A stretch of DNA of 62,918 bases, the filler included, from Octopus bimaculoides (lineage: Eukaryota): the NCBI RefSeq assembly GCF_001194135.2. It is 4 parts of 3 records of this genome, joined end to end, with 100 filler letters (N's around TTAATTAATTAA, not from the genome) between each part and the next. Parts side by side here need not be neighbours in the genome. Positions count along the whole stretch, not along the records: positions 36,549 to 59,962 come from NC_068985.1; positions 60,063 to 62,918 come from NC_068996.1; 2 more parts are not named here. One strand, given 5' to 3'. The stretch's first letter is position 1; each line of letters begins with the position of its first letter. Positions 47,581 through 61,261 of the stretch are shown here, piece after piece. The notes under the pieces are model-generated. The model was not told the DNA's origin, searched no databases, and saw nothing but the letters and a program-made list of their open reading frames with translations. The translations under genes were made by a program, and so were the position numbers.

Positions 47581-49264
47581 CTTTTTGCACAATATACTAG
47601 GCCGGTGTAATTTAATTCTAGGTACTAATTCTGGCTTTTAGCTGCTACGTATTATTTGTACTTCATATGTACCTACATAACTACCAGTTGAAAATTATCT
47701 TTATATCCCGATTTCTTGTTGTATTTTCTTTACATATACACGCCATATGTTGGTTTACCTGCCCACGTACGAGTTTAAACATGTCCGTTTATACAAGTGG
47801 GAAGATTATGAGAGTAACACATGACACCCATTGATAGAATCAACAACATTTAAGCTTGTGCATATACAGATATATAGGCACGTACATGTCAGGACATAAC
47901 TTAAACTACAGGTACACTGGCTGTCTTTAATGCGTGTATGGAAACTATACTTACGATTATCATTGATAATTTACATCCATGTATAGTATATACTCAGTTT
48001 TGGTTAGTTATTCACATTTCAAAATCTATTATTATTTTCGTTGTTATTGTTATTGTTGTGATTGTGGCGAACAAGCAAGTTAATCATAAAACTGCATTAA
48101 ATTTTCTTTTTAAAGTCAATTCTTAATTCGGAAACAAGGACTAAAAATTCTGTAATATCATACCTCTATTCACCCTTTGTCCAATATACCCATATAATAT
48201 TTTCCATCACTTCCCAAAGGCACTGCACTAGGCTATAAATATCCTGTACTCATTTTTGTATATGTTTAAATATTATTTCTATTAGTGGCAAGGTAGGACA
48301 ACTGCTATACTGTTGACGCCTATTGAGGCAGAAACATATGTCTCAGAGGCTCATTTGTCTCCAGACAAAACTTCAGACTGTCTTTTCCTTAATGGTATAT
48401 CAATTCTATTCTGGAGAATTCTTATTCTCATTCAGAGCTTAATGCAATTGCCTTCCATCCTAGCATTTCTTAATATTCTCCGAAAATCAAAATTTAATCT
48501 TGAAATCTTGTATCGATATTTGATATACATTTATTCGTTTTTGTTTTCCAGACTCATTGCACTGACAACTCGTTTCTAAACTCGTTTTGTTTACACACAC
48601 ACACACAAGAGTTCTTTCTCTCTCACTCACTCTCTCGCTTTTTATTTTTTTCTTTCTCTCTTTTTCTCTCAACCTCTCATGAATATATTAAATCAAAGAC
48701 TGGAATTTATGGTATTATATTTAATTCTTTAGTTGGAAATTTTCCATAGAAGATGGGAAATACAGTTCATGAATAAAAATACTAATAAATTAATATTAAT
48801 ATAATGAATTCATAATATATATATACATTATGTGTATGTATACACATTATGTATGTATGTATGTATAATTTGATTATTCTTCGTTTGAATTTTGCGGTTC
48901 TTGATTTTATGCAATTGGCAATTAGCTGCAAATATTCGAACACTTCGTATAATAATTCAATTTATTACGGTATGGTACATATAAAGAATAAAATATAGTG
49001 AGGCTTGATTTCCTTTCAATTTTGTTTGATTTTTTTCACTTGTTGCTTCCTTCACCACTTTTGACATGAAATCTGTGTTTAGTGTTCTCGGCTGTGACTG
49101 CGTTTGTGTTTTTCGAGATTCCATGTCAATTCATAAACCACGTCAATTCGAAAGAGGTGTTGTTTGGTGTCTTAATAAATCAGTGTGTTTAGTGTATTTT
49201 CAAGCCATCCATGTATTATCAGTACAACTTGTATTACTTATGAAGTTGCTAACAAAAGGGGAAA

Positions 49265-50760
49265 ATAAGTGAAAGGAAACATTGCAATAATTAGCAAGCA
49301 TGAAAGTGGTGTTAAGAGAATTAAAATTGGCCGGGACCACGCTATCAGCAAATCAATAATGAGTTATATTATTGAGAACACGAACTTTTTAAAGAACGGG
49401 AAAAAAATTACTGCTTCTTCCTCGAATTTACAAACAACTTGAAACAAAGTACTGCAATGTTTGAAATGGAACATGTTTTGTCAGTTTGGATGGAAGATAT
49501 CCATCAAAATTACATTTCTTTACGCCAAATAACAGTAGAAACGTATGCAGCAGTCAAAAAAGAATGGTAAGTATAAAAGGGGAAGCTAACGAAACACCTA
49601 CAAGTTCTGGATAGTTCAACAAGATAAGAAAACGATCTGGAATCTCTGACTTTGGGGTTGTTGGAGAACGTGCAATGTGATAACACAAAAACCAGATATC
49701 TCGCTGAACTGAAAAACTTATCGGAGATAGTATTTTTGGTGAACAAATGATAAATGTTGTCAAAAGGATTGTTTTAAAGACGAATGCCTTATAAAACTTA
49801 ATTATAGAAGCAAAAATTGCAGCCAGACAGCAAAGTTGTTAATGATTGCCTAACACTTTTATTGGATAGAAATACTATTTCTAATCTAAAATTAAAACTC
49901 TTGCTGATCTTTCGATCAGGAAAACCATAGGTTCTTAAATGGCTCAATATGCATTTCCTGCTAATTTTCAAATATCTTTTGACCAAAAATTTTCTAGTGG
50001 ATATCCAAAACAAAATTTTGGTTTATAAAATCTTTAATCGGAAACTTGTTTCAGTCCCGCGGCTGAAAGACATTGAAAGTCTATTAATTTAGATTTCGAA
50101 ATTTTATTAATTTCGGCGAATGTTTTGGATCTGTAGATGGTAGCTTATGCCAAAATGTTACGGCTATATTTTTTATCGCCGTTTAGGATATCACAGTTGC
50201 ATTGAATGAATTCGAGATGAAAGCAATATTCAAGGCCTATTTTTGCATGCAAAACCTACAACTTTTGAAGAAAAAATAGGAGAAAATTCAATCAATCCAA
50301 CAGATTAATTGCATTTTTTCTCGTTATATTTTTCAGAATCAGTTAAACAAACCAGAACTCCCAGAACATGTTTCTTTAGTTTCCTTTACATTTTACATTC
50401 TAATTTCTTTCGCTTTTCTTTGGATTGCTGTTTTTCTAGGTTTTTCTGTTTTAACATTAGTTTAACAGAATGCGCTTTTGACTGCAATCTTCGATCCAAA
50501 TTGACAAAAGATGTTTCATATCAATCATCGCATAAGGAATGCATTGGCAAACATAAAGAATGCATTGGCAAATTTCAATGATGCCTGGTATGATGAAACG
50601 TTGAACAATATGAAAGCTGTTTTGAAAATATTATTGTTCAAAGCACTAATGGTTATGATACTGAAATTACAGATGCCGCTTCAAAAATCGCTCAACTCAG
50701 TTTCGATACAGGAATGTCAACAATAGAGAATGCCGAATACCTCTTACATTTCGTACAGCA
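49265..50760 (+). pseudogene. Decayed pogo/Tigger (CENP-B HTH + DDE) transposase
   Basis: IAIISKHESGVKRIKIGRDHAISKS..; AMFEMEHVLSVWMEDIHQ; AIFKAYF; NALANFNDAWYDETLNNMKAV. Many stops and indels. Confidence 0.6.
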
Positions 50761-51660
50761 TGATGCAAAATGATGAGGAGGATGTTACTAGAGTAACAAA
50801 CAAAAGATTTGTCAATTGAAAACAAACAAACAAACAAAAAACAAAGTTATTTAAAAGATTTTTGAAGATGGATAACAGTTGATAGTAGATGCAGATTCGA
50901 ATGTAAGAGCAAACGGTTCAAATCAGAAGACAAACTGATCTCGTACCTTATATCCCGCAAAATATATTCGTGTGTGCGTGTATGTATTTGTGTGATGTGT
51001 GTTGTAAATGCTGCTTTTAATACGTGGAGATGTGTGTGTGTGTGCGTGCGTGTGTGTACTGTAAGAAAAATGGAGGAAGATAATTTCTATTATCCCCACG
51101 TTGTGGGTTGTAATGCAATATATATATATAATAAAAGAAGGAAAATGCACACAGTATACATAGTTCTAATATATTTTTTAATAAAGAATATTGCGTTTGT
51201 CGACCGGTTTCGATTTCGCTGATCATGACATTGAAATTATTGTAATTTCGTATTTTCTTAAGAAGATTTTAGTCCCTGATGTTTATGGAAGCTTGAGAAT
51301 GAATTGATAAGTAGAGAAATCTAAGGAGAGGTAATTGGTGATCGTTATTTTTCTGGACAAGGGGATATATTTGCTCATTTTGGGGGGAAGGGATAAATAA
51401 ATATACAAAAACTCAAAAGCTAAAGTAGCGAGATGAAATATTTACAGTGATGTGAACATGAATTGAAATATATAGAGATCAAAGTTGGTTATGCGTTCAT
51501 ACTTAGGCGCATTCTGTATTTTTCGATAAATAAATTTTCTTTATTTAAACGTTCTTGTACAGAAATTGCTTCTTTGCACTGGTAGAAGGGGAAAACTGCG
51601 AAATTTGGTTGGATATTACCTGCGCAGTGGAACTGAACCTGGAATCATGTGCTTGGAGAG

Positions 51661-51790
51661 TGCAGGCGTGGCTGTGTAGTAAGAAGTTTGCTTCCCAACC
51701 ACATGTTCCCGGGTTCAGTCCCACTGCATGGCTCCTTGGACACGTGTCTTCTAATATAGCCTCAGGATCACCAAAGCCTTGTGAGTAAGA
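51661..51790 (+). mobile_element. SINE family A head
   Basis: GCAGGCGTGGCTGTGTAGTAAGAAG..CCGGGTTCAGTCCCACTGC..CCAAAGCCTTGTGAG. Confidence 0.8.
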
Positions 51791-52149
51791 GATGAGAGAC
51801 AATATTAACCCTCATTTATAGACGATGGAAATAAGCGTACCGAGAAATTAGGCATTAAAACACTAAGAGAAACAAAACGTAACACCATGCCTCATCTCAA
51901 AACATTACCGTATATATATCAATTCCCAACCCTAGAAGCAATGAGGCATACAAGACTATTACACAAAATTGACCTATGCTCACTAGGGATCCAAAAATGA
52001 ACAATATTCTGAAAACACATAAATTCAGCAAATGCAAAAAGCAATACAAATCGCTGAAAAGACGTCTGAAAAATGCGAAGCTTTACACAACAACCACGAA
52101 ACCAATGGCTAAAAAATGTGGACGCCCAAACTTTGGAACATGCCCCAAT

Positions 52150-52215
52150 CTGCTGGAAACCGGCTCTTTCTCTATTAGCAGTAAATCATGAAATAAAACT
52201 GAATATTGACATACG
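52150..52215 (+). repeat. LINE-type 3' tail followed by (CATA)n
   Basis: GGAAACCGGCTCTTTCTCTATTAGC..TGAAATAAAACTGAATATTGACATAC; same tail as 33345-33410. Confidence 0.6.
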
Positions 52216-53165
52216 TACGTACATGCATACATATATTGACATACGTACGTACGTACATACATACATACATACATACATACATACATGCATACATACATAC
52301 GTACGTACATACATACATAAATAATGATTGCTCTTCTTCACATATTATTGCCTTATCTGTGTTCTTCCTCATTGTCAATNNNNNNNNNNNNNNNNNNNNN
52401 NNNNNNNNNNNNNNNNNNNNNNNNNNNNNNNNNNNNNNNNNNNNNNNNNNNNNNNNNNNNNNNNNNNNNNNNNNNNNNNNNNNNNNNNNNNNNNNNNNNN
52501 NNNNNNNNNNNNNNNNNNNNNNNNNNNNNNNNNNNNNNNNNNNNNNNNNNNNNNNNNNNNNNNNNNNNNNNNNNNNNNNNNNNNNNNNNNNNNNNNNNNN
52601 NNNNNNNNNNNNNNNNNNNNNNNNNNNNNNNNNNNNNNNNNNNNNNNNNNNNNNNNNNNNNNNNNNNNNNNNNNNNNNNNNNNNNNNNNNNNNNNNNNNN
52701 NNNNNNNNNNNNNNNNNNNNNNNNNNNNNNNNNNNNNNNNNNNNNNNNNNNNNNNNNNNNNNNNNNNNNNNNNNNNNNNNNNNNNNNNNNNNNNNNNNNN
52801 NNNNNNNNNNNNNNNNNNNNNNNNNNNNNNNNNNNNNNNNNNNNNNNNNNNNNNNNNNNNNNNNNNNNNNNNNNNNNNNNNNNNNNNNNNNNNNNNNNNN
52901 NNNNNNNNNNNNNNNNNNNNNNNNNTATATATACATATATATATATATACATGCGCGCGCACAGACACACACACACACATACGCATGCACACATATGCAT
53001 TTATATGTATGTGTATATGTATATGTATATGTATGATGTATGTTTATAAATATACATCACATTATGAATATGTATATCTATATGACTCTCTCTCCATACA
53101 TATTCATATATATGCGCGCGCGCGCGCGTGTGTGTGTGCATGTGTGTGTATATATACACACACAC

Positions 53166-53200
<35 letters not shown>

Positions 53201-54147
53201 TATACACACAAATATGCATGTGTTCATGCATACAGTAACATACACTACATTCGCTATGTATGCATGTATCTATCTATCTATTTATCATTCTATCTATCTA
53301 TCTGTCTATCTATCTATCTATCTATCTATCTACACATATATATGCTCACACACGCAAAACATCTACAAGAGCGGGGATGGTTATCGGCGCGAGAGTATTT
53401 TGTGAGCAGAGATGATAAAGTACACACATGCACAAACATACATACACATATGCGCACTCGCGCACGTGCACGCACACACATACACACACACACACACACA
53501 AACGCAAACAAACAAACAAACAAACGAAGGTTCATGTATTTTTACAAAGATATTTTTTTCTCATGAACTTATGAATTCCACCGACATATTTCCCTCCCCA
53601 CTACAGCCACCAAACCCCCTACCGCCCACAAGGAAAGTTTGCATTAGTAAAAACAAAAATATAACGGTATTAGAGAGCGCAGTGGGGGATGTGTATCAGC
53701 GTCTGTGTGAGTGTGTATATCAATATGTGTGTGTGTATGTACNNNNNNNNNNNNNNNNNNNNNNNNNNNNNNNNNNNNNNNNNNNNNNNNNNNNNNNNNN
53801 NNNNNNNNNNNNNNNNNNNNNNNNNNNNNNNNNNNNNNNNNNNNNNNNNNNNNNNNNNNNNNNNNNNNNNNNNNNNNNNNNNNNNNNNNNNNNNNNNNNN
53901 NNNNNNNNNNNNNNNNNNNNNNNNNNNNNNNNNNNNNNNNNNNNNNNNNNNNNNNNNNNNNNNNNNNNNNNNNNNNNNNNNNNNNNNNNNNNNNNNNNNN
54001 NNNNNNNNNNNNNNNNNNNNNNNNNNNNNNNNNNNNNNNNNNNNNNNNNNNNNNNNNNNNNNNNNNNNNNNNNNNNNNNNNNNNNNNNNNNNNNNNNNNN
54101 NNNNNNNNNNNNNNNNNNNNNNNNNNNNNNNNNNNNNNNNNNNNNNN

Positions 54148-54197
<50 letters not shown>

Positions 54198-54328
54198 TCT
54201 ATACTATGAGTAGAGTGATATAATATAGATATAAAAGAAAGCGGTTGAGGGTTACAATTTATTGCCGTTTTATCTCTCGAATCTTCAGAACTGTAAATGT
54301 AGCCTATTGTTAAAAACATTTCATATAT

Positions 54329-54655
54329 AACAAAAGCACTCAGAGAGCGCAAACCTCTGCCAACATCCTCTCAACGATTAGCCAGAGATGATTTTTAAAA
54401 TGAGAATATCGACTGCTCTCACAAATGAGAATGCTAAAAACGAACCCGACCGCTCTCAGAAATTAAATAAAAAAGCAAGAAAAATAATCCAGAATTCCTG
54501 CCAGGTACCGGATCGATCCTAAAATCTAATCAGTTCGTGCCAGTCACGAGGCCAAACATCCCTGAAAGTTTCATCCGAATCCATCCAGCGGTTGTTGAGA
54601 TACCTTGTCCACAGACAAACGAGCAAACAAACAAACACGACTGAAAACAATAACC
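54329..54655 (+). mobile_element. Non-autonomous Helentron/DINE-like (HINE-type) element
   Basis: AACAAAAGCACTCAGAGAGCGC.. start. 3' block GTTTCATCCGAATCCATCCAGCGGTT..CACAGACAAAC(AAAC)n..GAAAACAATA is typical of DINE-like repeats (from memory). Confidence 0.45.
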
Positions 54656-56079
54656 AATGATATTCCGAATAGTAAGAGTGATCAGTAAATAGAAAATAGG
54701 GTAATCTAGGAAAAGGTGAAGTCTGACCCAAATAAGACAACCGAAATATGATTTATAATAAATGAAAGTCTAAATATAAATCATAAACTATTGATTATAA
54801 TATATAGTTTGGATGAATGACCATGCTGAAACACAACGAGTATGTCGAAGTATATTTCATGCTTATATATGTTGCTATGTTTATAGACTATATATTATTT
54901 TGACTGTTATAGTAGCGATCCCTTACACCGGAGAATCTCTTGTATCATGAACACAAATTATTTAAAAGAAGTGTTTTCCTCTGACGGAAAACAATAGCAA
55001 ACAGATATTCACGCTCTGATCTGTCAGAGCGCTTTAAGAATGAATAGATATTTCATGACAAAGATTAGATATTATCTGAATACTAGTAATGTATATATGC
55101 CAGTGAAACGTCTCTGTTGCTACATATGTACCACCCTACCATTTAATGTAGATATAAAACAAAAGTACTTGCAGATATAAAACAAAAGTACTCTCCTTCT
55201 CTCTTTCTTCCTCTCTCTCTCTTTCGCGTTTCTTTCTGTAATCAATAAATATACGTATCATAGAAATTTTTCAACCGAACAAAGGGACGTTGAGCTTCAG
55301 TTGCATATCAGATATTTAGGAACAATCTTTTAACAATAACAGCGTTATCCTTTTCATTTCTAAACTTTTTCTCCTGATGAAATGGATAACTCATCACATT
55401 TAAATTAATTCAGTGTGTTAATTACGTAGTTACATAAATGATGATGTATTATTCTATCTATTGAAAGAGCTGTACAAAGCAATTCAATTAAGAATCATCT
55501 ATGATGTTTCTACTTTTCTGCTTTTTCATTATTCTACTGAAACCCTTGAAGGTATGCGCGTACATAGGCTTAAAGATCTATTGACGAGACTCTTTTGAAG
55601 AAAGCAAGTGTTCATCGCCGACAATGCAGGAAAAATGGTATAAGAAGTGTTTTGTTAACAGCTGATAAAAAAAGCTACATTATTTCTTCCAGCTTAATGT
55701 AAAATATTATTAAACGTCTAAACAGAGACACAAGTATCTCAGAACACTTTTTTAAAACTCGCCTCCAACAGTACGCTATCACATTCCAGCATCACAACAT
55801 GAAACGCAGCACGACACTATCAATATTTATTTGGTAAACATAGGATGAGGGGGGGAAGTAAGTAAATATAAAACGGTCATTCAAGGATAGCGGTCGTCCA
55901 TATATAAATAGAGTTCGTTTATGTACGTGATGGTTGTATTAAAGAAAGTTTTCAGCATTTATATATATGTGTGTGTATGTGTGTGTAAATATATGAATGT
56001 GTGTATATGTATGTGTGTGTGTGTGTATATACTCTCTGACTATCTCTGTGTGTGTGTGTGTGTATATACTCTCTGACTA

Positions 56080-56132
<53 letters not shown>

Positions 56133-56149
56133 ACGAATGTAAGTGTGTA

Positions 56150-57572
56150 CAGGAGTTGCACAAAAAAATGGAAACACCTTAAAATTCCAAACAAATTTAT
56201 TTTAATATGGGGTAGGACTGCCTTTGGCAGTAATTACAGCTTGAATTCTACGAGGTATGGACTCGTACNNNNNNNNNNNNNNNNNNNNNNNNNNNNNNNN
56301 NNNNNNNNNNNNNNNNNNNNNNNNNNNNNNNNNNNNNNNNNNNNNNNNNNNNNNNNNNNNNNNNNNNNNNNNNNNNNNNNNNNNNNNNNNNNNNNNNNNN
56401 NNNNNNNNNNNNNNNNNNNNNNNNNNNNNNNNNNNNNNNNNNNNNNNNNNNNNNNNNNNNNNNNNNNNNNNNNNNNNNNNNNNNNNNNNNNNNNNNNNNN
56501 NNNNNNNNNNNNNNNNNNNNNNNNNNNNNNNNNNNNNNNNNNNNNNNNNNNNNNNNNNNNNNNNNNNNNNNNNNNNNNNNNNNNNNNNNNNNNNNNNNNN
56601 NNNNNNNNNNNNNNNNNNNNNNNNNNNNNNNNNNNNNNNNNNNNNNNNNNNNNNNNNNNNNNNNNNNNNNNNNNNNNNNNNNNNNNNNNNNNNNNNNNNN
56701 NNNNNNNNNNNNNNNNNNNNNNNNNNNNNNNNNNNNNNNNNNNNNNNNNNNNNNNNNNNNNNNNNNNNNNNNNNNNNNNNNNNNNNNNNNNNNNNNNNNN
56801 NNNNNNNNNNNNNNNNNNNNNNNNNNNNNNNNNNNNNNNNNNNNNNNNNNNNNNNNNNNNNNNNNNNNNNNNNNNNNNNNNNNNNGTCTCCACACGTATA
56901 CACGGCCGGTGGTCGGAAATAAGGTAAAGGATGACTTGTCCGAGAAAATAACATTTTTCCACTGCTCTAGAGACCAATTCTGTAGGTTTTTTACTCCACT
57001 CTAAACGCTTTGCAACGTTTGTTTTTGAAAGTAGTGGCTTTCTGATTGCAGCTCTCCCGTGAAATCCGGCTTTGTGCAGCTCTCGGCGAACAGTTTTTGT
57101 GGAAACTGGGTTCTCGAGGTGGTCAGTAAGCTCTGCAGTAGTTTTGGGAGCTGAACTTTTGTGATCCTTTCTAACAATTCACGTAAGAGTCCGACGGTCC
57201 CTATCTTGGTTTTCTTCCGGAGTTTTGCTTCGACGTGAAGGTCTTTCCCTCTTTCTCAAAGGCTGTCATTACTTTCGAGACAGTACTTCCTGATATACCC
57301 AATATTTCGGCTGTTTTCGTTACGCTAGCGCTTGCTATACGAGCACCAACAATTTGACCTCTTTGAAAGTCCGATAGATCCGTCATTTCATGAATTTTAA
57401 TTACGATTTTCTGATGATATCTGAAAAGAAACAGCAATTTTAGCAAAACTTATTAAGCAACACTAATAATAAATCAAAAACAAAAACTAAACAAGCTTTT
57501 GACGGTTTTATAGATATTTCAAAATTATGATGCTATGATGCTAGGTGTTTCCATTATTTTGTCCAACGCTTG
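56150..57572 (-). mobile_element. Tc1-family transposon, transposase partly hidden in a gap
   Basis: TA|CAGGAGTTGCACAAAAAAATGGAAACACCT...AGGTGTTTCCATTATTTTGTCCAACGCTTG|TA. ATG at 57386: MTDLSDFQRGQIVGAR..SGRKP, frameshift, then TVRRELHKAGFHGRAAIRKPLL..WKNVIFSDKSSF. Confidence 0.9.
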
Positions 57573-57789
57573 TATGTATGTATGTATGTATGTATGTATG
57601 TATGTATGTATGTATGTGTGTGTGTGTGTGTGCATGTATGTATGTGTGTGTGTATGTATGTATGTATGTATGTATGTATGTATGTATGTATGTGTGTGTG
57701 TGTGTATGTATGTATGTATGCATGTATGTATGTATGTATGTATGTATTTATGTATGTATGTTCTGTTTTGTTTTTAATTATTTGAATTC

Positions 57790-58190
57790 TTCCTCTGAAT
57801 ATTGTTTTTGCGACAACGTCGTGTCGGATAAGGAAGCATTGCCTCAGGGGTAATTTTGGGCAGCTGTTAACCACATGTGTGATGCCGTCCACAGAAATGA
57901 CATAATCTGTATTTTCGGTTGCATGTTGGCGCTCGAAGGCCATCACTGTCACTTTCATGTATGCATGTATGTATGTATGTATATATGTATGTAAGTATGT
58001 ATGTATGTATGTATGTATGTATGTATGTATGTATGAAGTCAGAAGCTTGATCTTTTCTTGACATAACCAAGTGCTGTTGTTATCTTCGCATAGCCCTCGG
58101 TCACCGCCTTTGAAATTGGCCTGTGAGTGAAGACATTCCTGTTCACACCACTCAGTCTTTTTTATCCTCAAAACCGATTTATCCAATGTG
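57790..58190 (-). mobile_element. R4/Dong-clade LINE C-terminal fragment (CCHC region) split by (TATG)n
   Basis: YRLCHFC / ITHVVNSCPKLP..IRHDVVAKTIF resembles CRLC..ETIxHIxSGCPxL..RHDxVAK. Confidence 0.65.
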
Positions 58191-58194
58191 ATCA

Positions 58195-59044
58195 TCTATA
58201 ATAATAAAGACGAGATCCTGTCTGTCCGTCTGGGACCCCTGTATCTCAGCCTACATTTGCTCTACATAGACATATTATACCTTTTTGGAATCAGGATGAT
58301 CTCAAGATTGAAAAATCGACCCTTCGTTTTGTTCTTGAACATCCAGTATTGGGATTTGATTTAAAAGCATTTGGGTTGCTATTTCTAGCAGGTAAAACTT
58401 GGTTGATTCGCGCCATCATAGTGGCGTTTGTCAGATGACGTCAGAGATCAAGGGGGAGATAAATGACATTCACTTCGTTAATTTCACGTCGCGATAAGAA
58501 CTTTGGGACAAGTTGACCAACAGTTGGAATTCAACTTGTGACTGGAACAACAGAATGATTGTATCACAGAATTAATTCTCATCCGTCCTTAATCTCTGAT
58601 CAAATACCACTGGGCCATACAGTCATTATAGACGTATTATAGTAATGATATATATAGCTCTCTTTAGTATTGGGCCGTATCCCCAATTAGCCCTCCGTAG
58701 GAGCTAGCTTAAACGTCCACACGGAGTGCGGCTTTTAAGCTAGTTTTAAATATAAGATGTGTTAGGTATGAGGAAGTTTTAGTTTAGTTCATATAGAGCC
58801 TCATTCGTTTGCTAGTAACGACTTGTCAAAACTGCATCACAACATAAAACACAATCTAACAACGCTTGCTATGTGATCCGCAGCAGTGACTGATGTACCC
58901 CTCTACTGTACGTCGACACATCAAACCTGGGCAATGATTAATCCTCTACCAATATCTAACAGAAAGATATATTTCCCATATCTACACTGATTTCGCCAAA
59001 AACGTATTGAATACTGTTATATCTTTTTTATTCCCACGTGAACA

Positions 59045-59095
<51 letters not shown>

Positions 59096-59923
59096 ATATG
59101 TGTTTGTGTATGTATATTTATAAATATATAATACAAATGATATATAAGCATATGCATGTATACATACATATATGTACATACCTACATCTACATGTATATA
59201 TAGATGCATATCCGGGTACAGGACGTTAGAAAAATGAACGGGGACATAAAAACAAAACGGACTTTGTTTACAGACAGCAGAACGAACACATAAGAAAACA
59301 AACAAGCCACTTATGGAATTATTCCTTCATCAGCTGCCTCTATTCTAAAACTAGGCGTTTCATGTGTGTATGTATGTATATATATGTATGTGTGTACTTA
59401 TATATATATGATGGATTATCTTGTCGTGAATGACAAATGAGGGTTCAGTAAAATAAAGCGTTAATCGTGATCTAAGGACACAAATGTGTCCCTTCATGCC
59501 TGTTGGTGCTTTGCGAACCTTTTGGTAAATGGAACAAGTTAGGGACTCAGTTTTCTTGAGTGCTTGTGGATCATTTAGTATGTATTTTCTTGAGTGGACG
59601 GCAAGGCCTGCTTCATTTCGCGCCACAAAAGCACAGTGACAGGTAAGGTTTCCATTTGGAGGAGCAGCATGGTTGTGATTAAGAAGCTCGCATTATAACC
59701 ACGCGTGGTTTCGGGTTTGCGGCACCTTGGACCGCACACCTTGTGCGACACCTTGGACAAATGGATCAGCAAAAGAGATTGATAGAATAAATACCAGACT
59801 TTAAAAATAAGTTTGAGGGGCGATTTGTTCGACTAAATCCTTCAAGGCAGTACCCAGCATGACTGCTGTCCAATGACTGAAATAAATAAAAGATAAAAGC
59901 GAACATACACACACACACTCACA

Positions 59924-59962
<39 letters not shown>

Positions 59963-60320
59963 NNNNNNNNNNNNNNNNNNNNNNNNNNNNNNNNNNNNNN
60001 NNNNNNTTAATTAATTAANNNNNNNNNNNNNNNNNNNNNNNNNNNNNNNNNNNNNNNNNNNNTGCAGACCTCCTTTGGGTCTTTTTATTATCACTACGAC
60101 ACACATAGTCCCCAGTTGGTAACATTGATTTCAAGGCCCTCCTAGATGAGAGACTGGCATTCCACTTAATGTCTATGTTCCATGCTGGCATGGATTGGAG
60201 AGTTATTAATGTAGAAATATGGTATCGTAGCTACTAACAGTTGAGGGTTGCGTAGTCTAGACGGCGTTTTTAGATTTCAATATTTTCTTTAACCCGGGCA
60301 AAGCCGGGTATTTCTGCTAG
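58195..60320 (+). mobile_element. Non-autonomous Helitron (termini may belong to one element)
   Basis: A|TCTATAATAATAAAG at the 5' end. 3' hairpin ACCCGG-GCAAAG-CCGGGT (60292-60309) 11 nt before CTAG|T. A scaffold gap lies between the ends. Confidence 0.6.
59665..59900 (+). mobile_element. SINE family A, degenerate and internally deleted
   Basis: GCAGCATGGTTGTGATTAAGAAGC..GATAGAATAAATACCAG..GATTTGTTCGACTAAA..CAATGACTGAAATAAATAAAAG. Confidence 0.65.
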
Positions 60321-60519
60321 TATATATATATATATACCTATCTCTTTCTCTCGCTCTCTCTATATATCTGTCTATCTGTCTATCCACCTATTTCTTTCTT
60401 TCGCTCTCTCGCTCTCTCTTTGTCTCTATCTCTCTCTCTTTCTTTCTCTCTCGCGCTCTGTCTCTCTATATATCTATATCTTTCTCTTGCTCTCTCTTTC
60501 TCTCCCCTCTCTCTCTCTC

Positions 60520-60610
<91 letters not shown>

Positions 60611-61077
60611 CTATCTGTCTGTCTATGTGTATACATATGTAAATGTCCGTGTGCATATAAGTATATATGCATATTACAAAGCTAGTTTCGACTGGAACTT
60701 GAAGCCTCACATGATGGCTTATTCAACAAGTGATAAGATATCCTCGCTCTGAAACTTATATCGCAATAAACAAATATGAATAGCATCATTATTAGAGAAA
60801 AATGTCGAAGTAGTTTAAACGTTCTAAATATAAAGGGTGTGTCATTGATGATGTCACGAATGGCGGCAAAATGACTTTGATGAATTTAATTCATTGATCT
60901 ATTGACCGAACGATCAATGAAAGAATCGATTTGTTAATGTTTTAAATAGTTAATCAATTGACAAATAAAATAAATACAAGTGAAATAATATTAGTGCGTG
61001 TGTTCATTATTTGCATAATGACCCTCCCGAGATACAACGAAGTATGTTTCAACAAAAGAGTTCACATCAGGTACAGA

Positions 61078-61235
61078 CGTGCTTGTGTGCTAAGAAGCCT
61101 GCTTTTCAACAACATGGTTCTGGTTTCAGTCTCACAACGTTCCACCTTGAGCAAATGTCTTCTGCTATAGCCTCTGGCCGACCAAAGACTTTGTGAGCGG
61201 ATTAAGTAGGTGGAAATCGAAAGAAGCCTATCATG
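61078..61235 (+). mobile_element. SINE family A
   Basis: GTGTGCTAAGAAGCC..CCTTGAGCAAATGTCTTCTGCTATAGCC..GAAAGAAGCC. Confidence 0.7.
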
Positions 61236-61261
61236 TATATATATATATATATACATATATG

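Noticed and set aside
50531-50572. 21-bp tandem duplication (similar small ones at ~39575-39655, ~55150-55192, ~62636-62680)
   Set aside because: Two-unit slippage duplications with no spacers; not CRISPR-like or otherwise informative.
59305-59380. Hammerhead-like words on the minus strand (GAAACGCC ... CTGATGAAGGAATAATTCC)
   Set aside because: GAAAC does not follow stem II, and no stem I/NUH arrangement fits types I-III.
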